A stretch of DNA of 64,000 nucleotides from an uncultured Spirochaetota bacterium (lineage in GTDB: Bacteria; Spirochaetota; Brevinematia; Brevinematales; JAOACQ01): the NCBI GenBank assembly GCA_963768055.1, contig CAVYGN010000002.1, forward strand, positions 672,001 through 736,000, read 5' to 3'. The translations under genes were made by a program, and so were the position numbers. The notes beneath the pieces are model-generated. The model was not told where the DNA came from. It was given only the letters and a program-made list of their open reading frames with translations, and did not search any database. Positions 9,917-20,749 of this stretch are shown one piece after another. Numbering within the stretch: position 1 is the first letter of the stretch; each line of letters starts with the position of its first letter.

Positions 9917-12472
9917 TTATTGCTTCAGCGGCCCTTTCTTTTTAAAAAAAAGGCATAACACCCCGTAGCATAAAGCGCCGGCGATTCCTGCAATCACTGT
10001 TATAAATGATACAAAAAACGAGGTATTGCCGGGCTCATACCTGAATTCGGCGGCATGCTTCCCGCCATCGACAAAAACCGCCATCTGGAGATAATTGGCT
10101 TTATATACCTGGACGGGTTTTCCATCAATAAACGCCTTCCAGCCGGGATCGAACCTTGTATTAAAAAGGAGAACTCCCCCTCCCGGGGCAGGCGAATCGA
10201 TATCGGCTTTAACATCCCAATCCTTATAGGAAGTAACTGCCTGCGGATGCAGCAGGCCTTTACCACCGCTTCTGCCGTGGATCTTTATGTTTACAATAAC
10301 AGTCCCCGTAAAGTCGAATTTCGGATCGGAGAGATATTTAAGGGCTTCTCCATTATCTTCAACCGCCTGGAAATTTTCAAATAAAGCCAGGCGGGGAATA
10401 TAATTTTTCACCTCGAAGACTGCTTCCTGCCTGCCGTCATATCCGGCGCCTACCGATGAAAGTATAAAATTTGTATTATTAGTCAGGCTTCCATACATCA
10501 AAGCTACCGGCCTGTTTGCACTGTATAAATAGCCGTCTGTTACAAGGTATTTTACCCCCGATAGACGGAGCAGCGGGAGATTCAAATCCAGAAGTTCATC
10601 AAGGCTCTTGATTTGCCTTGATGGAGACCTTTGAAACACGCTGTTAAAAAAATTGTTAATTTCCACATCCCTGTCCGATGATGCAACCTTTTCCATCGCC
10701 TGTATGTCGAAGAACGAGAAGTAAAAGGTCAGATACAAACCTCTCATCGGGGTAAGGGGCAAGTTTCCTCCATTCTGGCCAGGAAGCATTAATGACGATA
10801 ATACACGGAAGGGTTCATTTTTGCCCTCTTCATGCATAAAAGCGACCGGCTTGTCCTGCCTGTAAAACTCATTCAATTTAATATAGGATTTATCCACATA
10901 GTATAGATCGATAGTCCAGAGATCGATGATCATCATTACAAAAAACGAGAGGGGGATTACGATTCCCTTAAACACGCCGGGCAGTTTTTTCATCCTGAAG
11001 GAAATTATCACCAGGGCCAGGGTTACGGCAAGAAATATATCCATTCTAAGCAGCGACAGAATGATGTTATTGACGATTACTTGAGCCATAGCCGGGTCGT
11101 TATTTTTGAGACTGAACCCGAGGGCTATATCGCTCGATGTAACGAGAACGATAAATAAAGCCAGCATCCCGGTGCTTAGAGCAAATATAAGGGACTTCTC
11201 GATCTGTCCAAACATTTTTCTTGAAGCTTCATTTTTTTGGGACAGGAGGTCCATAAAAAATTTCAAGCCGAAAGCGGATAGGACCGCAAGGCAGAAAGCG
11301 GTGACACATAGTATTTTTATCGGGTCTCTGAAATTCGACATATACGGCAGATGGTAAAAAATCCAGAAAAAGGGAAGGCCGGGCCAGAACCTGCCGAACG
11401 ATAACAGGAGCGAGAATAAAGCCCCGAAAAAGAAAAATTTAACCAGCCCGCTCTTTTTGTAATAAACAATTATTCCGAGCAGGGCAAAAATTATGACGAA
11501 AAAGCCCAGGCTATCGCTTGAAGATGAAAATTCCTTGCTGCCCCAATACGGATTTGCCGATTCGAGTGAACTGTTTCCATGAAATCCAAAGGCCAGGCTA
11601 TCGATAAGTTCAAAAGGGTGCATCGAATAGCTTACCGCAAAATTCCATGCGTTTTCGCTGCTCTGTACTGTCTCTGAGGATACATTTTGAAGGGCCATCC
11701 TTCCCTTTAAAGCTTGAAATAAAAATGAAGACCCGCTGAAAATAACCACAAAAAATACAAGCGGAATAAGAAGCCCCCTCGATACATCGATCAGAGCTCC
11801 CCGGATATCGGCGCCTTTGAGGCTCTTTATGCCGATTTTGTTCCTGACAAAAATCCGGTAAAGGGCAAAACAAGCTCCCAGGATCGCAAAATATAACCCG
11901 CGCTGGACTTCATCAGAACACATGATCCCCAAAAATATGCCGCATAAAAAAAGCATCAATGCACTTTTTAAAACGTCCTTATTCTCAGGATCAAAAGCCG
12001 AAACAAGGAAATAAAAAATGGCCGGAACATAGGCCAGGGAACATACTACCTGGACATGACCTGCGTAAATGAAACTCAAAACCGCAGGTGAAAAAGCGAA
12101 GGCTGACGATCCAAAAATAGAAGGAAGGGCCTCTAGCTTCAACTTTCTTAAAAAAAGATATCCGAATATGAGGGAAAACAGCAGGGCGGAAAAATAAGAG
12201 GCTCCGAGAACCATACCGATAGGAAGTAAATACGAATACAATGTATAAAGATTTATCTGTACGTTGCCCTGCGATTTACCCATTAATTCATAATCGATCC
12301 AGTTTCCCGTAGTATTGCCGATCATCCGGGAATAATGCTGGGTAACTCCAAGCGGGCTGTCGCTGACAAGACTATTGCCCTGGATTGTATCTCCGATAAA
12401 CGCCCTGTAAAAGAAAACTACTGATAAAACGATAAAGACCAGCAATGCATATTTTTTAATATCCGATCCCAT
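9917..12472 (-). CDS. YfhO-like polytopic membrane protein (putative GT-C glycosyltransferase)
   Basis: Many TM helices; C-terminal [33 protein letters not shown]...FRY block typical of YfhO. Confidence 0.8.
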   Translation of the reverse strand: MGSDIKKYALLVFIVLSVVFFYRAFIGDTIQGNSLVSDSPLGVTQHYSRMIGNTTGNWIDYELMGKSQGNVQINLYTLYSYLLPIGMVLGASYFSALLFSLIFGYLFLRKLKLEALPSIFGSSAFAFSPAVLSFIYAGHVQVVCSLAYVPAIFYFLVSAFDPENKDVLKSALMLFLCGIFLGIMCSDEVQRGLYFAILGACFALYRIFVRNKIGIKSLKGADIRGALIDVSRGLLIPLVFFVVIFSGSSFLFQALKGRMALQNVSSETVQSSENAWNFAVSYSMHPFELIDSLAFGFHGNSSLESANPYWGSKEFSSSSDSLGFFVIIFALLGIIVYYKKSGLVKFFFFGALFSLLLSFGRFWPGLPFFWIFYHLPYMSNFRDPIKILCVTAFCLAVLSAFGLKFFMDLLSQKNEASRKMFGQIEKSLIFALSTGMLALFIVLVTSSDIALGFSLKNNDPAMAQVIVNNIILSLLRMDIFLAVTLALVIISFRMKKLPGVFKGIVIPLSFFVMMIIDLWTIDLYYVDKSYIKLNEFYRQDKPVAFMHEEGKNEPFRVLSSLMLPGQNGGNLPLTPMRGLYLTFYFSFFDIQAMEKVASSDRDVEINNFFNSVFQRSPSRQIKSLDELLDLNLPLLRLSGVKYLVTDGYLYSANRPVALMYGSLTNNTNFILSSVGAGYDGRQEAVFEVKNYIPRLALFENFQAVEDNGEALKYLSDPKFDFTGTVIVNIKIHGRSGGKGLLHPQAVTSYKDWDVKADIDSPAPGGGVLLFNTRFDPGWKAFIDGKPVQVYKANYLQMAVFVDGGKHAAEFRYEPGNTSFFVSFITVIAGIAGALCYGVLCLFFKKKGPLKQ

Positions 12473-12554
12473 AACCTGTCTCCTTTTTTTAAAAGAAAAT
12501 CTTATCCGGGTTACGGCTAAAAGTCAATTATGTTACTCGCTATCAGCATCGATG

Positions 12555-12584
12555 TTGAAATTATCAACAGACTCATCTTATAAT
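12555..12584 (+). promoter_or_regulatory. putative sigma70 promoter (TTGAAA-N18-TATAAT) overlapped by palindrome TGTTGA-N5-TCAACA
   Basis: Read directly in the divergent YfhO/GT2 intergenic region. Confidence 0.4.
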
Positions 12585-12614
12585 TATGCTTAACATTTAT
12601 TCAAGGGGAAGAAT

Positions 12615-13520
12615 ATGGACGACCTTGTATCCGTCACAATCACTACTAAGAACGAGAAAAGCAATATCGAAACATGTTTAAGAAGCATCATGGCCCAGAC
12701 TTATAAAAATATTGAAGTTATTGTAGTAGACAACGGATCGTCAGACGGCACAAAAGAACTGGCATTAAATTATACCGGGAATGTTTACGATAAAGGGCCG
12801 GAACGTTCAGCACAAAGAAATTACGGCATGATTGAAAAATCCAGGGGAAAATACGTAATGTATGTTGACGCCGATATGCTGCTTTCCCCGCATTTAATCG
12901 AGTCATGCCTGAATGAAATAAAAAGTAAGGGATTATCGGCGCTTCATATACCTGAAATAGTCCTCGGAAAAACGTATTTCAGCAAAGTAAGAAGGTTCGA
13001 GAGGGTTTTTTATAACGGCACATGCATCGACGGGGCGAGATTTTTTCTGAAAAAGGCATTCGTTTCAGCAGGCGGATTCGATGAGAATATGAGCGGCCCT
13101 GAAGACTGGGACCTCGATAAGAAAATCAAAAAAACAGGCCTTATAGGCCTTCTCGAAACTATTTATAATAAAAATGAGGCGGCGGAACGGCAATGGGAAT
13201 TATCCGGATTCCTTTTAGACAGGGGTGTATCATACTTATCCTGCGGGGATGTTATTTTCCATAACGAATCCGAATTCGATTTAAAAAAGTATCTTTCAAA
13301 AAAAGGATATTATACAAAAAGTTTCAAACCTTATATAACCAAATGGGGAAAATCCGATCCCGATATTAAAAAACAATTCGGATTTTTATACAGGTATATC
13401 ACTGTATTTGTTGAAAAAGGGAAATGGACGAATCTGATAAGGCACCCGCTGCTGACATTCGGTATGTACTTTTTACGCATACTGGTCGGATTAACCTTTC
13501 TTTTTAAAAAAAGGCTATGA
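12615..13520 (+). CDS. glycosyltransferase family 2
   Basis: VSVTITTKNE, VIVVDNGSSDGT, VDAD, GGFDE...EDWDL. Confidence 0.92.
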   Translation: MDDLVSVTITTKNEKSNIETCLRSIMAQTYKNIEVIVVDNGSSDGTKELALNYTGNVYDKGPERSAQRNYGMIEKSRGKYVMYVDADMLLSPHLIESCLNEIKSKGLSALHIPEIVLGKTYFSKVRRFERVFYNGTCIDGARFFLKKAFVSAGGFDENMSGPEDWDLDKKIKKTGLIGLLETIYNKNEAAERQWELSGFLLDRGVSYLSCGDVIFHNESEFDLKKYLSKKGYYTKSFKPYITKWGKSDPDIKKQFGFLYRYITVFVEKGKWTNLIRHPLLTFGMYFLRILVGLTFLFKKRL

Positions 13521-13662
13521 CAAAATAGGCCTGGTCAATACGATACATTGAATAATTCTGTATCATTATTACACACATATCCTGGAATAAAAATCCTCTC
13601 TCCCAATTCAAATAAAGCATTATTTCCTTGTCCTATAAATCTTTAGACCAGTAGCATAATAT

Positions 13663-13678
13663 TTGGCATAAAATATGC
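13663..13678 (+). promoter_or_regulatory. sigma54 (RpoN) -24/-12 promoter upstream of hsp20
   Basis: TTGGCATAAAATATGC has exact GG-N10-GC spacing, about 35 bp upstream of the ATG. Confidence 0.65.
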
Positions 13679-13713
13679 GAATATTATTATATAGTATATA
13701 AAAGGAGGACAAT

Positions 13714-14169
13714 ATGTATATACTTCAAAAAAAACCCGAAAGATTCGCCCTCAGGGCAAGAAGAGCGGGAGACCCATTTTCAGATTTATTCAGGCATTTC
13801 TTCGACAATGAATTCATGCCGGGAAACCTGATGGAAAATGACTGGAATCCCAGGGTGGACATTTTTGAGAAGGACAACAACATCATAGTGAAAGCCGATT
13901 TACCCGGCGTTGATGAAAAAAACCTCGATATTGAACTCGAGGGTTCTTACCTGACCATCAAGGGTTCAAAGGAAGAGGAGCATGAAGAGAAGGGTAATGG
14001 CTACAGCATGTTTGAAAGAACAAGCGGCTCGTTCAGCAGGACTATTGAGCTTCCGGATAATATCAATACTGAAAACATCGAAGCCGAATACAAAAAAGGC
14101 GTACTCAGCCTTACCATCCCTAAAAATGCCGAATCGGCATCTAAAAAAATCAACGTCAAAGTCGCTTAG
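13714..14169 (+). CDS. Hsp20/alpha-crystallin small heat shock protein
   Basis: PRVDIFE...ADLPGV, ERTSGSFSRTIELP, AEYKKGVLSLTIPK; SD AAGGAGG. Confidence 0.95.
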   Translation: MYILQKKPERFALRARRAGDPFSDLFRHFFDNEFMPGNLMENDWNPRVDIFEKDNNIIVKADLPGVDEKNLDIELEGSYLTIKGSKEEEHEEKGNGYSMFERTSGSFSRTIELPDNINTENIEAEYKKGVLSLTIPKNAESASKKINVKVA

Positions 14170-14191
14170 GGCGCTTCTAATAATCTTCAGA

Positions 14192-14225
14192 AGCCCCGCC
14201 TCTTAAAAGGCGGGGTTTATTTTTT
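14192..14225 (+). terminator. Rho-independent terminator after hsp20
   Basis: Stem AGCCCCGCCT / AGGCGGGGTT followed by a T-run. Confidence 0.85.
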
Positions 14226-14310
14226 ACACAGGAGATAAATTCGATTGATTGTTTTCTGGGGCGTTTTATGATAGAATATTGGAACGCGTCTTATTTACAG
14301 GAGAGTTTGC

Positions 14311-15291
14311 TTGCCCGGGAGAAGAAAAAAAATTAAATTCTCGATTATAATCCCGCTTCCGAGTTTTAACGATTACATCCGTGAAAGTATAACTCATTAT
14401 GAAAAACTTAATGGGGAAAATTTTGAAATAATAATTTTACCTGATTTTGAAGAAAAAGAGGAATTGTCAAGCGTTCTGCATATCAGGGTTTTAGCCAGCG
14501 GGAAAGTCGGCCCGGCGGAGAAACGGGACCTCGGGGCAAAAATAGCAGAGGGCCGGATTCTCGCTTTCATAGACGACGACGCTTATCCCCGCGAAGACTG
14601 GCTGGCTAACGCTCTGCCCCTTTTTGACGACAAAGATGTGGCAGCTGTAGGCGGCCCGGCCGTTACTCCGGCTGACGAACCTTTCTGGAAGAGATTGTCC
14701 GGTAATGTTTTCGAATCATTCCTCGCAAGCTATAACAACAGGAAAAGATATATTCCTGTCGGGAAAACCCACGAAGAATACGACCTGCCGTCAGTAAACC
14801 TTATAGTAAGAAAAGATATTTTCGACAAAGCAGGGGGGTTTGATTCAACATTTTATCCCGGTGAGGATACAAAATTATGCCTGGAAATTAAAAAATTGGG
14901 CTATAAGATCATTTACTCTCCGCAGGTTCTGGTTTATCATCACAGGAGGGACCTCTTCCCCAATCATTTCAGGCAGGTAGCAAACTATGCCCTTCACAGG
15001 GGTTATTTCGCAAGGAAATATCCCGAAACATCCCTCAAAATTTCATATTTCGGCCCTTCATGTATTTTAATATTCACAGTAGCAGGTTTTCTTATATCAC
15101 CGTTTTCCCTTATCGCGGCATTATTTTACTGGCCTGTAATGGGCGTATATTTTCTTATTAACATAATTTTCGCTTTAAAACCCGGTATACTGGAAACCTT
15201 CTGGACAGTGGCAGGCGTTTTTTTAACCCATATGATTTACGGGTTTAACTTTATTAAAGGTTTTATTTTTACTGCAGAGTTGAAGAGGTAA
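14311..15291 (+). CDS. glycosyltransferase family 2 with C-terminal TM helices
   Basis: FSIIIP, AFIDDDA, GGFDS...GEDTKL; TTG start with AGGAG SD. Confidence 0.9.
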   Translation: MPGRRKKIKFSIIIPLPSFNDYIRESITHYEKLNGENFEIIILPDFEEKEELSSVLHIRVLASGKVGPAEKRDLGAKIAEGRILAFIDDDAYPREDWLANALPLFDDKDVAAVGGPAVTPADEPFWKRLSGNVFESFLASYNNRKRYIPVGKTHEEYDLPSVNLIVRKDIFDKAGGFDSTFYPGEDTKLCLEIKKLGYKIIYSPQVLVYHHRRDLFPNHFRQVANYALHRGYFARKYPETSLKISYFGPSCILIFTVAGFLISPFSLIAALFYWPVMGVYFLINIIFALKPGILETFWTVAGVFLTHMIYGFNFIKGFIFTAELKR

Positions 15292-15295
15292 AACC

Positions 15296-16753
15296 ATGAA
15301 AATATCAATATCATATCCCCCGATGGACAGCGGCAAGGGGATCCCTCTGTTGTCGCAAAACAGGCAATTTCAGTGGTTCAACGAACCTACATTTATATAC
15401 CCTGTTGTTCCGGCCTCCGCGGCAACATTACTTAAAAGCAGGGGGTACGAAGTAATATGGGATGACGCAATTGCACAAGGCTTGAATTTCAATGAATGGA
15501 TAAACGGGATAAGCCGTGACAAGCCCGGCCTTATTGTTTTTGAAACCAAGACACCGGTGGTAAAAAAACATTGGGGAATAATTAACAATTTGAAAAAGCT
15601 TTTTCCGGAATTGAAGGTTGCATTGATGGGCGACCATGTTACGGCAAACCCCCTTGAATCATTTAAAAATTCAGACATCGACTATATAATTACAGGCGGC
15701 GACTACGATTTTCTCCTGCTTTCCCTGGCTGATCATTTAACAAAGAAAAGCCCGCTGGAACCGGGAATATACTGGAAAAGCCGTGAAGGAACTGTTTTAG
15801 ACAGCGGTAAATTTGAAAGGAAATACGACCTGGACATGCTTCCATTGATCGACAGGGAGCTTACAAAGTGGGAGCTTTATGCGTATAATAACGGGAACTA
15901 TAAAAAAACTCCGGGCGCCTACACGATGGCCGGCAGAGACTGCTGGTATCATCAGTGTTCTTTCTGTTCCTGGACTACTCTTTTCCCTTATTTCAATAAA
16001 AGAAAACCCTCCAGCCTGCTGGACGAGATTGGGACCCTGATCGAGAAAAATTCCATACGCGAGGTCATGGATGACACCGGCACATTTCCTGTCGGAGACT
16101 GGCTGAGAGAATTCTGCGAGGGGATGATCAGCCGGGGTTACAATAAAAAAATATATTTCGACTGCAATATGCGCCTGGGCTCTTCCATATCTCCTGAAGA
16201 CGCGAAACTTATGAAAAAGGCCGGTTTCCGCCTGATACTCGTAGGGATCGAATCAGGCAACCAGAAAACCCTTGACAGGATCAATAAGGGCGAGAGCATA
16301 GAAGAAATGATAGATAACGTCAAAATGCTCCGCCTTGCAGGCCTTTACCCGCACATAACTATAATGTTCGGGTATCCATGGGAAACTGAAGAGGATGCCC
16401 TCAATACGCTGAAAATGGGACGGCGTCTTCTTATAAAAAATTATGCTTACACGATGCAGGCTACTATTGTCATTCCCTATCCGGGGACGCCCCTTTACGC
16501 CGAATGTGTTGAAAAGGGATGGCTAACCACCGAGGATTGGGACAGGTTTGACATGCGTGAGCCTGTTATGAAGTCCCCGGTCGGAAACGACAAACTCATG
16601 AAGCTTGTCCAGGGCCTTTACAGCGTATCCTTCAATCCTGAATTCCTGGCCAGAAAATTATTAAGCATAAAGGGCACAGGAGACCTGAAATATTTTTTAA
16701 AGGCCGGGAAAAAAGTAATCGGTCATATATTCGATTTTAAAAATAAACATTAA
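15296..16753 (+). CDS. cobalamin-binding-domain radical SAM protein (class B methyltransferase-like)
   Basis: N-terminal B12-binding-like domain (MGDHVT, GGDYD); CWYHQCSFC cluster motif; GIESGNQ and PYPGTPLY. Confidence 0.85.
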   Translation: MKISISYPPMDSGKGIPLLSQNRQFQWFNEPTFIYPVVPASAATLLKSRGYEVIWDDAIAQGLNFNEWINGISRDKPGLIVFETKTPVVKKHWGIINNLKKLFPELKVALMGDHVTANPLESFKNSDIDYIITGGDYDFLLLSLADHLTKKSPLEPGIYWKSREGTVLDSGKFERKYDLDMLPLIDRELTKWELYAYNNGNYKKTPGAYTMAGRDCWYHQCSFCSWTTLFPYFNKRKPSSLLDEIGTLIEKNSIREVMDDTGTFPVGDWLREFCEGMISRGYNKKIYFDCNMRLGSSISPEDAKLMKKAGFRLILVGIESGNQKTLDRINKGESIEEMIDNVKMLRLAGLYPHITIMFGYPWETEEDALNTLKMGRRLLIKNYAYTMQATIVIPYPGTPLYAECVEKGWLTTEDWDRFDMREPVMKSPVGNDKLMKLVQGLYSVSFNPEFLARKLLSIKGTGDLKYFLKAGKKVIGHIFDFKNKH

Positions 16754-16762
16754 GGGGATAAT

Positions 16763-17494
16763 ATGATTTTACAATTAGCAGTAACGGTATTCCTGATTTT
16801 ATGTTCCATGACCATGTATGTAACTCATACAGGAAGACTGTTTCCCGCCGGTTTTAGAATAATACCGCTGCTGGCGGCAGCAGTTTATTGGGTGGTGATT
16901 TATATCCGCAAATCCACAGGTAAAACAGGGATTTCAGGGATCCTGCTTCTTATACTTTTTTATATTATGATTGTCGTTTCCGTTCCAGTGGCTTCATGGG
17001 TATGGATCGGCATGATAAACGACAGGGAAAAAAATATTCCCGCAATCACAATCGGGAATGAGTCCATGAAAAAAACAATTTATATAATTTATCATCCGGG
17101 CGGTTCCCCTATCCTTACTAATGTTATCACAAAATTCGCAATGCTGACCGGAAAAGCCGGTTATAAAACCGTCCTTTACTGTGCAAATAAAAACCTCAAA
17201 CTTGACTTGAAGAAAGCTGACGCTGTTGGTTTTTCATCCCCGGTTTACACAGCCGAAATCCGTCCGCCCGTTGAAAATTATATTAAAAACACCGATATGA
17301 AGGGCATTAGGACTTTTATGCTGGTAACTTGCGGGTCAAATCCCGGCGATGCCCTGGATAAAGCCGGCAGAGAGGTTGTAACACAAGGGGCTGAGATTAT
17401 CGGAACAGAAGCGATTGGAGCAATGGAAAAACCTGGAATCATCGATTCAAAACTTGAGAAATTCGCTAATGAAATCGAGAGTAAGTTAAAGTAA
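16763..17494 (+). CDS. membrane-anchored flavodoxin-fold protein
   Basis: Three N-terminal hydrophobic segments, then IYIIYHPG...DAVGFSSPVY...TFMLVTCGS flavodoxin-like pattern. Confidence 0.55.
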   Translation: MILQLAVTVFLILCSMTMYVTHTGRLFPAGFRIIPLLAAAVYWVVIYIRKSTGKTGISGILLLILFYIMIVVSVPVASWVWIGMINDREKNIPAITIGNESMKKTIYIIYHPGGSPILTNVITKFAMLTGKAGYKTVLYCANKNLKLDLKKADAVGFSSPVYTAEIRPPVENYIKNTDMKGIRTFMLVTCGSNPGDALDKAGREVVTQGAEIIGTEAIGAMEKPGIIDSKLEKFANEIESKLK

Positions 17495-17509
17495 ACAAAC
17501 CCTATATTA

Positions 17510-18055
17510 ATGAAAACCCGAATAGATAAAATAAAAATTTCAAGAATCATTTTTGTAAATTGTATAACGGGACTCAGGGTCGTCCTGATCCCTTTTTTCA
17601 TATTCAGCGAGTCAGGGCATAATTACTTCTTGTCGCTGGCGCTGGTCGTTGTAATATTCGCAACCGATATAGCGGACGGATTTTTAGCAAGGCTTCTCGA
17701 TGCCGTGAGCATGCCGGGCGGGATTTTTGACAGCCTCGCAGATTTTATGGTGGTTTTTACTCTGTTTACTTATTTCAGTATTGAGAAAGTCCTGCCTTTC
17801 ATCGTTCCGGCGATGGTCCTGTTGTCTTTTTCTATTTATTCTATCAACTGCCTTTTAAATAAAAAGATCGTTTATACAAAATTAGGATCGGCATCCGGTT
17901 TTTTGTGCATGCTTGCCCTGGCTATCCTATGTATAAGCAGGGTGTTTTTGCCCGGAAGCTTTGAATTTGCCCGGCAGGTAGTAATTTATTTCTGCAGTTT
18001 TTACCTGAGCCTTGCGTTTATTGAAAACTGCATCCTGATCTTAAGAAAAATTTAG
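17510..18055 (+). CDS. CDP-alcohol phosphatidyltransferase family protein
   Basis: TDIADGFLAR...GGIFDSLAD signature. Confidence 0.9.
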   Translation: MKTRIDKIKISRIIFVNCITGLRVVLIPFFIFSESGHNYFLSLALVVVIFATDIADGFLARLLDAVSMPGGIFDSLADFMVVFTLFTYFSIEKVLPFIVPAMVLLSFSIYSINCLLNKKIVYTKLGSASGFLCMLALAILCISRVFLPGSFEFARQVVIYFCSFYLSLAFIENCILILRKI

Positions 18056-20682
18056 GGTTTGAGGGCCTTTTCTATCATTTCCCTTGCTGTTTTCAGCGCT
18101 TCGTCAATCCTGGACGGGTCTTTCCCTCCCGCCTGCGCGAAGTCCTGCCTGCCGCCTCCGCCCCCTCCGACAATTTTGGCGGTTTCCCTGGCGATGTCCC
18201 CGGCCTTGATCCTGCCTGAATAAGATTTCGAGACGCTTACCGTTATAACTACTTTGTCTTTCGAAACGGCCGAAATAAGGAACATTACTCCGAGGTCTTT
18301 CGACTTATAATCATCCGAAACCTTCATCATGGCTTCAGATTCCATCTCCGTCCTTGCGATAACAACTTCCGCCCCTCCTATTTTGACGGCATGGCCCATT
18401 AATTCCTGAGCGGAAGACTTTGCAATTTTTAGTTTTAAAAGCTCTATTTCTCTTTCCCTATCCCGAAGCGTGTCGACCATTGCTTTAATCCTGTCGTAAA
18501 GCTTTAATTCATCGGTATTCAAGGCCGCCGATATTTCCTTAACCCTATAGTAATATTCGCGGTAAGATTCAAGGGAATTCTGGCCTGTTACAGCCTCAAG
18601 CCTCCTCGTCCCTGCTGAAATAGAGGTCTCGGATAGGATCTTGATCAATCCTATATCGCCGCTCCTGCCGACATGCGTACCGCCGCAAAGCTCCTTTGAA
18701 TACCCCAGAACTTCGACTACCCTTACCACATCGCCGTATTTTTCCTCGAATATAGCGACCGCCCCGCTTTTTACAGCCTCCTGTTTACTCATTTTAGTCA
18801 GCTTCACAGGAAGGTTTTGAAGGACGATCATATTGGCCTCGTTCTCGATCTTTTCAATTTCTTCCTTTGTCAGTGGCCTGGAATGTGTAAAGTCAAAACG
18901 AAGCCGGTCCGGCCCTACAAGAGAACCGGCTTGAGCGGCATGTTCGCCGACATGATTCCTTAGCGCTTTGTGAATGATATGCGTCGCCGTGTGGTTTCTG
19001 GCTGTGGATTCCTTTTTTTCTTTATCGACCTTGAAAAGGATTTCATCCCCTGTTCTCAGAATACCATTTTTAATACGGGCATAATGAAGCACTGTATTTT
19101 CATATACTCTTGTATTTCTAATTTCAATCCGTGTTTCTCCCGATTCTGCCGTCCCGGTATCGCCCACCTGGCCGCCCTTCTCAGGATAAAACGGGCTGCG
19201 GTCGGCAGCAAAAACTATATCGTCCCCTGCCGATGAATCTTTTACTATCACGCCGTCTTTAACTATGATCTGAACGGCGCCTTTCCCCTCGTAAGATTTT
19301 TCTCCGGTGTATTCCGTTTCTTCTGCAATCCCCGAAATGACGCTGAAATCGAAAGCTTCCCCCTTCCAGCTTGCCCTCGCCCTCTCCTTCTGCCTTTCCA
19401 TCAATTGTTCAAAACCTTTCATATCCAGGGAGAGTTTCTCGTCCTCAGCCACTTGTTGTATGAAATCTACGGGAAGGCCAAGGGAATCGTAAAGCATGAA
19501 GAGATCCTGCCCGTTTATCTGTTTCTTTTTAGTTCTTTTAACACCTTCGACGATGTCGTTGAGTTTATCAAGGCCCCTGTTGACCGCTTTCAAAAAGGAT
19601 TCTTCCTCCGAATATATGAGGGACTTGATCATTTCCCCTCTTTCTACGATTTCCGGAAAAGCGCTGCCCATAACCGATATGATAGTGCCGGCAATCCTGT
19701 TTAAAAAGGGTTCCGAAAACGACAGCTTTCTGCCGTACCGTATAGCTCTCCTGAGTATTTTCCTGATGACATATCCCCTGCCTTCATTGGAGGGCATTAC
19801 ACCGTCGGCCATTGCGAAAGTAAGGGCCCTGATATGATCCGAGATAACCCTGAACGGCATTCCTGTCTTCACATCGTATTTGCACCCGCATAATTCCTCG
19901 ATTTTACTGATGATTGGGACGAATAAGTCCGTATCATAATTGGAAGATTCATTTTGTATTACCGAAACGATCCTCTCAAAACCCATTCCCGTATCGACAT
20001 GTTTATTAGGCAACGGATAAAGTTTTCCATCCTCGCCGCGGTTATATTGTATAAAAACAAGGTTCCATAATTCAATGTAACGGGCGCAGCCTGAATTTAC
20101 GGCACATTTATGCCCTTTTACATCCTTTTTATCGCAAGCCGATTCCCCCCGGTCTATATGAATCTCCGAACATGGGCCGCATGGTCCGATCGCTCCCATT
20201 TCCCAGAAATTATCTTTATCCCCGAATTTAAGGATATGGCTTCCGGAAATATCGGTCCGGCTTTTCCATAGGGAAAAGGCTTCGTCGTCGGTATCGTGAA
20301 CAGTGACATAAAGCCTTTCTTTTGGAAGCTTCCAGACGCCTGTCAGGAGTTCCCAAGCCCAGGAAATGGCTTCATTTTTATAATAATCTCCAAAGGACCA
20401 GTTGCCGAGCATCTCGAAAAAAGTATGGTGGTAGCAGTCTTTTCCGACATCCTCAAGGTCGTTATGTTTCCCGGAAACACGCATGCATTTCTGGGTGTCC
20501 GCAGCCCTCTTGTAATCCCTTTTCCCGGTCCCGAGAAAAATATCCTTGAACTGGTTCATCCCCGCATTGGTAAATAAAAGAGTGGGGTCGTTATCCGGGA
20601 CAAGCGATGCGCTCTGTACGATAAAATGGCCCTTGTCCCTGAAAAAATCAAGAAAACCTTTTCTGATCTCGGAAGAATTCAT
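18052..20682 (-). CDS. alaS: alanine--tRNA ligase
   Basis: DPTLLFTNAGMNQFK, HHTFFEMLGNWSFGDY, HTATH, ELCGGTH, GGGGGR. Confidence 0.99.
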   Translation of the reverse strand: MNSSEIRKGFLDFFRDKGHFIVQSASLVPDNDPTLLFTNAGMNQFKDIFLGTGKRDYKRAADTQKCMRVSGKHNDLEDVGKDCYHHTFFEMLGNWSFGDYYKNEAISWAWELLTGVWKLPKERLYVTVHDTDDEAFSLWKSRTDISGSHILKFGDKDNFWEMGAIGPCGPCSEIHIDRGESACDKKDVKGHKCAVNSGCARYIELWNLVFIQYNRGEDGKLYPLPNKHVDTGMGFERIVSVIQNESSNYDTDLFVPIISKIEELCGCKYDVKTGMPFRVISDHIRALTFAMADGVMPSNEGRGYVIRKILRRAIRYGRKLSFSEPFLNRIAGTIISVMGSAFPEIVERGEMIKSLIYSEEESFLKAVNRGLDKLNDIVEGVKRTKKKQINGQDLFMLYDSLGLPVDFIQQVAEDEKLSLDMKGFEQLMERQKERARASWKGEAFDFSVISGIAEETEYTGEKSYEGKGAVQIIVKDGVIVKDSSAGDDIVFAADRSPFYPEKGGQVGDTGTAESGETRIEIRNTRVYENTVLHYARIKNGILRTGDEILFKVDKEKKESTARNHTATHIIHKALRNHVGEHAAQAGSLVGPDRLRFDFTHSRPLTKEEIEKIENEANMIVLQNLPVKLTKMSKQEAVKSGAVAIFEEKYGDVVRVVEVLGYSKELCGGTHVGRSGDIGLIKILSETSISAGTRRLEAVTGQNSLESYREYYYRVKEISAALNTDELKLYDRIKAMVDTLRDREREIELLKLKIAKSSAQELMGHAVKIGGAEVVIARTEMESEAMMKVSDDYKSKDLGVMFLISAVSKDKVVITVSVSKSYSGRIKAGDIARETAKIVGGGGGGRQDFAQAGGKDPSRIDEALKTAREMIEKALKP

Positions 20683-20749
20683 CTAAGATACTCCATATAC
20701 ATACAATATTAACCGGAATCGTATATGATAAGGAAAGGCGTTAATAAAA

